A stretch of 45,007 nt of DNA, from NCBI GenBank assembly GCA_004431415.1, contig QPMI01000375.1, positions 1 to 45,007 of the forward strand, read 5' to 3'. Shown here one piece after another: positions 37,901 through 45,007 of this stretch (the first letter of the stretch is position 1; each line of letters opens with the position of its first letter). A program made the translations under genes and the position numbers. The stretch is from Cyanophora paradoxa CCMP329 (lineage: Eukaryota > Plantae > Glaucophyta). A model generated the notes under the pieces. That model was not told where the DNA came from. It did not search any database and worked only from the letters and a program-made list of their open reading frames with translations.

Positions 37901-40900
37901 GCGCACTGGAGGCCGGCGAGGGGCCGGGCGCCGTTGATGAGGATCGCCTTGACGAGGGCCGCCGAGGGCCTCCCGAGGGGCCCACCGCCGGCGCCGCTCG
38001 GCCCCTGCCGGGAGCGCTGAGCGGCGGAGCGGCGGGGGCGGGGGCGGCGAGGAGGGGGGGGCGGACTCGCGGAGGAACTGGCGGACGATGGCGGCGGCGG
38101 CGGCGGCGAGCGAGGCCGACACGGAGGTCCCCGAGGACTGCGCCCCCGGGCCCGCCCCTCGCTCCCCCTCCCTCTGCGCGCCGACCGGGCGGGGCGGGGC
38201 GGGGGGTGCGGACGAGGGCGAGGGAGGAGGGGATGCGGGTGCCGTCCGGGAGCAGCAGCGGCCGCCCGCCGCGCACTGCTCCGTCGCCACGTCGTCGTCC
38301 GACATCTGCCGGGGGCGGCGGGTGAGGGGGGCGGGCGGGGCGGGGCGGGGTGGCGGGGCGGGAGGGCGGACGGCGGCGACGACGGACTGGCCGACGGCGA
38401 CGAGGTCCGGCTTCATGCGCCCGTCGAACGTCGGCCCTGCGCGCGTGCGCGTTGGCGAAGTCGAGGAGGGCGGCCCGGGGGCGGGGGCGGGCCCTGCGCG
38501 GAGAAGCCGGCGACGTTCGCCTGGTCGTAGTGCGACGGCTCCTGCCGCGGCACCCTGCGCCCGCCCCGCCCGCCCGCCCGCCCGCTCGCCCCGGCCCCGC
38601 GGCCCCGGCGGGGCGCGGGGGCGGGCACCGCTCGCAGCAGGTGGGGTCCGGCAGCGTCGCCGTCTCGCAGCAGTCGCTCCTCGGGGAGTAGGCCACCGCC
38701 GCCTGCCCCGCGCCCCGTGAGCGCCGGCGGGGCCCGCGGGGCCGCGCGCGGTGCCCGCCTGGAAGCCCTCGTTGGAGGTCTGGCTGGCGCCCACGACGAG
38801 GCAGTTCTTGCACGTCGCCGGCGCCGCTGCCGCCGCCCGCCTCAGGGGGCGTTGGCGGGGGAGGAGGGGCCGGGGCGGGCGCGCCGATGGTCCCCCGCCC
38901 GTTCCACCCGTCGTTCCCCGCCGCCACGACGATCAGCATGTCTGCGCAGCGCGCTCCCAGACCCGTCTGGGCGACGCGAGGAGGGCGCGGCGCGCACCGG
39001 GGTGCTCAAAGGCGAACCGGTCGATTGTGTTCTCGCTGAGGCCTGCGCGGCGGGGCCGCGTGGGCTGCACGATACGGAGAACGCTAGAACAAATCAAAGG
39101 TACCGTAGTAGTTGCAGGAGGGGGTCCCCGTGGCGGTGCGCTTGCAGCCCCTGCCGGGCCGTCAGGGTGGGCACACCAGGAGGGCGCGCAGGGCGGCGGG
39201 CCATGTCACGAGGTGGATGCGGGCGCCGGCGTTGTACTGGGCCTGGGGGTACAGGGCTCAGGTCCGTCGGAGGATACCGGGTGATTCAGAAGGCGCACGA
39301 GGAGAACGCTCTCCTGGAAGGGGTCTGGCAGGCCCGGCATCTGCCCCCCCGTCGGTGGGGAACACAGAGGCGCGGAGTGGTCGAGGGAAGGGTACGCACG
39401 GTGCCCGACGCGTCGCCGTAGTCCGTGAAGACGATCTGGGGGGGCTCGGGGTCGGGAGGGGCGAGAGGACGGGGAGGGGTACGAGGGGCCGCGCCTTGGC
39501 GTCCCGCGCGAGGCCCGAGTACTCCCCCACGCGCGTCAGCGCCGCGGGGTCCGCGACCTGCGCCCGCGTGAGGCCCGGCAGGGGAGGGGGGGGGCGCCTG
39601 CGGGGGGCACCGGGGTGTAGTCGCGGGAGGCGAGGCCGGCGAGGACGCCGACGGAGCGGGTGCCGTGCTCCGAGGGGCCCGAGATCGACGCCCCCGCCGC
39701 CACCAGGTACAGGATCACCTGAGCGCCCGCCTCGCCCGGGGCGCCGGTGGAGGGGGCGGGGCCGGGGGGCTCGCCTTGCGGCGGGCGGGGTTCGGGGCGA
39801 CCTTCGGGGGCACCGTGCTGTCCCGCTCCCGGAACATGCTGCCCGGCCCCGCGCTGAGGCGCCCCGGGGGCCGGGGCGCGGGGCGGGGGCGCGGGGCCGC
39901 GCACCACATGTCGAAGTCGAGGCCGTCGTCCCCCGCCCCCACCACCTCCCCCGCCCCCGCCAGCCCCGCCTCCCAGAAGACAGCAGCCCCCAGCCCGCCC
40001 CCGGGGTCTGCCCCTCGAAGCCTCGGAGAGGGGCGGGCGGGCGGGGTCGGGGGCGGCAGCGGCGGGCGGCGCGGACCGGCGGCCTGGGTGAGGGCGGCGG
40101 CGTAGCGCATGCGGAGGGCCGGTTCCGAGACGGGCTGCACCCAGAGGACCCCCGGGCGGGAGGCGAGGTACCCCAGCGCCGCCCCCCGCGCGTCCGGCGC
40201 CCCCAGGGAGACCCGCACGACGGCGCCGTCTTCGCCGGCGGCCGCGCCGTCGCCGTGGGCGGGGCGCGCGGGGCGCACGGCGGCCGGGAGGCCCGTCAGG
40301 CGCGAGAGGGCGTCTTGCCAGCGAGCCAGCAGCGGCCCGCCGCCTGCCCCCGGGCCGTACTCCGCCCCGCCAAGCGTACGCCCCCAGGCGACCTTCACGG
40401 CCCACTCGGCCGTCGCGTTCGCTCCCCGCGCGAGGGCCTCCGCCCGCGCGTCCCTTTTGTGCCGCTCCTCGAGAATTCCAGCCTGTCCCGCGCCGGCTCA
40501 GCGCGCCCGGCGACCGCCGCCCCTCCCGCGGCTCACCCAGAGCACGCCGGGGACGCCCAGCGCGCGTTCCGCGTCGCGCTCCGTGGCGAGCAGAAGGAAT
40601 GTGTTGTGCGGCACGTAGTCGCCGAGCTGCAGCCCCAGCGCCGCTTCCACCGCGCTGCGAGCCTCCGGGCCCGCGAGGTGCAGCATATAGACGGCGTGAG
40701 GCTCGTCTACGCTGCAGGGGCCGCATGCCACGCCGCGGCTGCCCAGCCGATCCACATCCAAAGCGAGCGACCGAAGAAGGATCTGCGGTCCAGTTCAGCG
40801 CAGCAGCTGCGGCGCTTCCAGCTAGGGGCATGCGCGCCTTTCTGGGGTGCCGTTCGGCGTGCGCGAAGAGCTGCGGCCGGTTCTCGCGCCAGCTCAAAGA

Positions 40901-41002
40901 CGAAGGCGAGGCGCCTGAAACTGGCGCGGCTAGCAGCGCCGACACCGCCAGCGCTACAGCTAGCAACACCAGCGCTTGCGGCAGCCTCTCCGGCGCAGCC
41001 AT
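34776..41002 (-). CDS. Type I membrane S8 subtilase (Kp43/Dictyostelium Tag-like) with Pro-rich cytoplasmic region and C2-like C-terminal domain; many exons, exact stop uncertain (34765-34796)
   Basis: Signal peptide MAAPERLPQALVLLAVALAVSALLAAPVSG and prodomain DYVPHNTFL. Catalytic segments GAGEVVGAGDDGLD (Asp), HGTRSVG (His), VVAAGNDG (oxyanion Asn), GPTFDGRMKPDLVAVG and SGTSVS (Ser). Also PSAALVKAILING, QGFGR, VWTDP, NDLDLVV, NNVEQV and TM VALIAGIVVPVAVCLLFALGVAVYC. Downstream exons continue in frame (GSLRVGIAYQVGEF...). Confidence 0.8.
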
Positions 41003-41554
41003 GCGGATGAACTCCGATCCGGCGCAGTCGAAAGTGGTCTCGGCCGGAGCCGAACCGGTGCCTGCCCAACCTCGCGACTGGTCATGGGCTGCGCGTGCCG
41101 TGTGCAACACCGTGAGCCCATCTTGGCAAGCCCATCCCGTTAGCAGCTGCAGCAACTGCGGCCGGAGCATCTGGTCGCTCAACGGCCGGCACCTGGAGTT
41201 GACTCACGTAGCACTAGCTTACCAATTGCAGAGCTGTTGCGCTAGCGAGGGGCAGCAGACCCGGGCAGTGCACGCGCTACACCGTACTAACACGTAGTGG
41301 CAGGCTGAGCACCGGCAGGCCCGGCAGCAGAGCAGCTCGCAAGTTTTAGCGCTGCGCATACAGGATCCACCACCCACGCGTCAGAGCGAGCGCGCACCGA
41401 GGCCGACCCGCCGGGGCTATAGCTAGCTGCAGCTCGCGCAGCTGCTGCGATAAGGTGGGCGCGCGCTGCACGTGCCTCCTTCTCTGATCCGGCCACATGC
41501 ATGACGCGCGCGCGCGCGGGCGGGCGAGCCAGATCGATCGCCAGGACCGATATC

Positions 41555-42316
41555 ATGCAGGTGCATCAGGAGAGGGGGATGGGGTGGAACGAGGCGGCGC
41601 ACCAGGCGATCGGGAAGAAGCCGAGCGCCGCGGAACCGAAACTCAAGAACGTCGCCTCCGTGGTCGTCCGCGTGCGCCCGCCTCGCCGGCGCGCGTTCGC
41701 CCATTGCAATCGCTGACGCCGAGGGCGCCCTCGGCCTCGGGCTCGCGCGCAGGCGACGGCGTCGTTCACGTCGCTGGGGTCGGTGGCGCAGACCCACCGG
41801 CGCCTCGCCGTCGCCGTCTACGTCGCCCTTATCCTCGTCTGGCTCGGCTACTGGCGCGCCCCGCCCGCACCCCGCATCTCCGCCCGCGCCGATCTGATTG
41901 AGGGCGGGGCGGGGCGCCGGGCAGCGCGTGGATGATCTGGTCGCTGACGCAGGAGTACAACAAGTTCGTGGGGCAGACGAACGAGATCGAGGAGGTGGTC
42001 AAGGAGGCCCGCCCCCGCCCCCGCCCCAGCGCCCGGTCGCGATCGAGGCCTCACGCCGCGGCGCCCCGCCCCGCATGCGCAGCTCCCTGCCGTCATGATC
42101 TGCTACAACCATTTCGTGCCCTTCGGTTCCCCTAAATGTGAGCCGCCCGCGCGCCGACCCCTCAGGGGAGCCCTCACGCGGGGCTCTCGGGCGGGGCCGG
42201 CGGGGCAGACACGTTCCGGGAGGGGCGGTGGCGCTGCGCGGCCTTCGACGCGGCGAACAAGAACGCGCCGCTCGGCGGCCCCTGCACCATGGAGCGCTAC
42301 ACGGGTGCCCGCCCCG

Positions 42317-42352
<36 letters not shown>

Positions 42353-44064
42353 CCGCGGCCCCAGGCCCCCACCCCTCGAGGGGCCTGCGCCGGCTCAGCG
42401 GCCGGGGCGGCAGGGGCGGGCTGAACGAGGACCTCTTCCCCAGCGACGGCTGCGTCGTCTTCCGCCCCAACGCCGACGTCACGAGCACCATGCAGGCCCG
42501 CCCCGGCCGCCCCGCCCGAGGCCCGAGGCCCGGCGGCCGGCCCCCAACGCCCCGCCCGCGCAGATGTTCAGGATCGAGGCGGAGTGGGAGGGGCCCGTCG
42601 AGCAGGCCCGCCCCGCCCCCGCGCCCCTGCGCCGCGCTCGCCCGCGCCGACGCCCCGCGGGGCCGGCAGGACGAGCACCGGATGTACGCCGCCCTCTTCC
42701 TCGACCCCAACTTCCACGAGGTGCCCCCCCCCCCCCCCCCCCCCCCCACCCTCCCCTCGCTCGGCTGGCGCCCTTCTGAGCGGCGGCGGCGCGCAGGACG
42801 ACATGTGAGGGCCCGGCCCGGGCCCCGCGGGGCGCGAGGCGTCCCCTGACGCACCCCGGCCGGCGCAGCGTCAAGGCGTCGCACAACCCCATCTACTTCC
42901 CCATGGGCCGGCGCGCCGGCACCTCCTTCCCTCTCCTCCGCCCTCCCCTCCCCGGGGCCGCTCACGGGGGTGCAGGCATGGGTACGCGTCGCTGGAGAAG
43001 ATCTCGTGGGAGTTCGCGAGCGGGTGAGCGGGGCGGGGCGGGGCGCGGGGCGGGGCGGGGCGGGGCCTGAGGGCCCCCCCTTCGCCCAGGTACAAGGACT
43101 TCACGTACGAGGTCGAGTGGCAGGACGCCGGCCACGCCCCCGCCGCCCCCGTGCGCCTCCGAGTCCATGCGCCCCCCCGGCCTCGCCCGGACGGGCCCGA
43201 GGCGGCGCGCAGGCGTTCCTGCGGGAGGCGGCGCCCCTGGCGGCCGGCAACACGGTGACGGGCGCCTCCCTCTTCGTCCGCTACCTCTCCATGGAGGTGC
43301 ACCCGGCCCGCCTCGAGGCCCCCCCGCCCCTTCTCCCCCCGCCGAGGGCGCCGGGGGGGCCCGGGCAGACGCTGGCGCACACCGAGGTCCGCTCCACGGA
43401 CCTCCAGTCCACCATCACCCTCGTCCGCCCCGCCCCGGCCCCCGCCCGCACCCGCCCACGCCCGCCCGCCCACGCGCCCCCGCCAGGCCATCAGCAGCAT
43501 CTTCTCCACCTACACCACCATCGTCTCCACGGTGTGCGGGGCCGGGGCCGGGGCGGGGGCGGCGCCGACGGGGGGCCCCGCACGGGCGCAGGTGTTCGCG
43601 GTGCTCTTCGTGCCGATGATGGCCGAGGAGCTCTTCTTCGTCTCCCGCGTCTGGAAGCTCTGGAAGGCGCCCCCCCGGCCCCGCCCCGCCCCTCGCCCCT
43701 CCCCCTCACCCGCCCCCCGGCCCGCATGCGCAGGGCGCCGGGGCGGACCCCGAGGACCCCGCCCCCGGGACGGCCGCCGCGCCGGCGCCCCCTGCGCTCG
43801 CCACCCGCGACCTTGACCTCGTCAAGCCCCCCGGCGGCAGTCAGTACCCCCACCCCCCACCCCCCCTGTCCCCCCGCGCGCCCCAGGGGGCCAGCGGCGG
43901 CTGACTCTGCGAGGTGCCGCGTAGACGGGGGGGTGGAGTTCGGGGCGGGAGGCTTCGAGCCCGAGCACGGCTGGGGCCCCGCCCCCGCCGTGCACGTGCC
44001 CGTGTACCCGGGCCCTCCCCCCAGCGCCCGGCCCGCCAGCGGGCCGCACACCATCCGCGTCTGA
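41555..44064 (+). CDS. Two-transmembrane protein with a large extracellular loop, DEG/ENaC- or PAC-channel-like topology (multi-exon)
   Basis: TM1 LAVAVYVALILVWLGY-CAWMIWSL is followed by TNEIEEVVKE-LPAVMICYN. A Cys-containing loop leads to LFVRYLSME-TLAHTEVRSTDLQSTI and then hydrophobic AISSIFSTYTTIVSTVFAVLFVPMM. The tail is Pro-rich and ends ...HTIRV*. Confidence 0.65.
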
Positions 44065-44872
44065 TCCGGCCGACCTCCCTCTTTACTGTCTAGTTTAATT
44101 TCTAACTGAGTCGGGGGTCTTTGTATCCCCGTCCGACGGTCTATGTAGCTGTTTGTCCGCTCTTCAACCTGCGGATATTCAGTACCCTCTATCAATTATT
44201 GAGTTACATAGTTTCAGGAACACTCTGACATCCATATGCTAGTCTGACTCTGAATTCTGTGTTTTACGTATACTAGGTACGCCGTGTGACGTATACCATT
44301 CATGCATATGCCGTGATGATTTTCGAATTCTAGCCGGAAATTAGTCTTTGCGCATGCGGCACTGCAGTCTTTCCTGTTCAATTGCAACGGCTCCTTTTTC
44401 TTCCGATCGATCGCAAGACTTAATTTTGGCAATTGCAAGACTCTGAGACCCGGCCCGGCTGCCAGGCGGACCCGCGCGAAACCCGCGAGACTTCGATTTT
44501 TAGAAAATTTCGCGAGACTTTTAGTTGCGCCAGGAATCCGGCCACGGGCCAGTCACACATGCACATTTCGCCTGAACTCCGGAAAACCCGTTCGATGTTC
44601 CGCGTGAAAATCTGAAAATCTCAGGACACTTTGACGCAGTGATCGGATCCGCATGGTAAACGTAGCGGAGAGGCACGTCTCTCCGCACCGTGGCACGAGC
44701 CGCGGCCGCGGATTGTTCACTCAAAAATTAATGCTAGCGCTTACGAAGTGCTAATGGAACTAAACATAAGCTGGCAACTACATGAAACAAAAAGCACGTA
44801 CGGCAAAAGAAGAAGAATGCAAAAAGGGCCCACCGGGACGGAAGAATCCGAAATTTTAGATCGCACACGCAG

Positions 44873-44970
44873 CTACGCGTGCGAAGCGGCCGGGAAGCGG
44901 CGGACGTAGTCGGCGTAGTAGAAGAGCGTGATTAAAGGCTGCCCCAGCATGATCGAGAGCCAGAAGACCA
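44873..44970 (-). CDS. DGAT1: Terminal exon of diacylglycerol O-acyltransferase 1 (MBOAT); gene continues beyond the window
   Basis: After the acceptor ctgcgcag the exon reads VFWLSIMLGQPLITLFYYADYVRRFPAASHA*, matching the DGAT1/ACAT C-terminal FW..(L/F)GQP...L.YY.D motif. Confidence 0.8.
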
Positions 44971-45007
44971 CTGCGCAGGGAGGCTAAGCGTCAGGGGGCC
45001 CATGGCC

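Noticed and set aside
44400-44720. A/T-richer segment with a short direct repeat (cgcgagactt x2), a possible MITE
   Set aside because: I could not find terminal inverted repeats or a target-site duplication. Copy number cannot be assessed from this window.

Overview
This is very GC-rich, gene-dense eukaryotic (protist/algal-type) genomic DNA, not prokaryotic. Genes are split into many short exons by spliceosomal introns of mostly 45-100 nt, so almost all long ORFs in the supplied track are GC-driven shadow or read-through frames. By manually splicing I find about 20 protein genes: a TopBP1-like multi-BRCT protein (5'-truncated), an F-box/LRR protein, a small orphan, a secreted bacterial-type vanadium haloperoxidase/PAP2 enzyme, proline dehydrogenase, ELMOD, a fucosyltransferase-like GT, IMPACT/YigZ, two inverted small paralogues flanking FtsH4/YME1 and TPI, a GT31/Fringe-like protein with a long [10 protein letters not shown] repeat, a TQY-motif MAP kinase, MYCBP, LAMTOR5, YnfA/UPF0060, a membrane-anchored Kp43/Tag-like subtilase, a 2-TM ENaC/PAC-like channel candidate and the last exon of DGAT1. 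The top finding is an apparent nuclear bicistronic locus. The intronless LAMTOR5 ORF has a weak start context and no internal ATG, and its stop overlaps the start of a presequence-bearing YnfA ORF as TGATG. Also notable are a very high rate of GC-AG introns, self-complementary C/G-rich introns, and seven compact head-to-head gene pairs. All exon boundaries are hand-derived and need RNA-seq confirmation. The organism cannot be identified from this window; a glaucophyte-like alga is only a guess.
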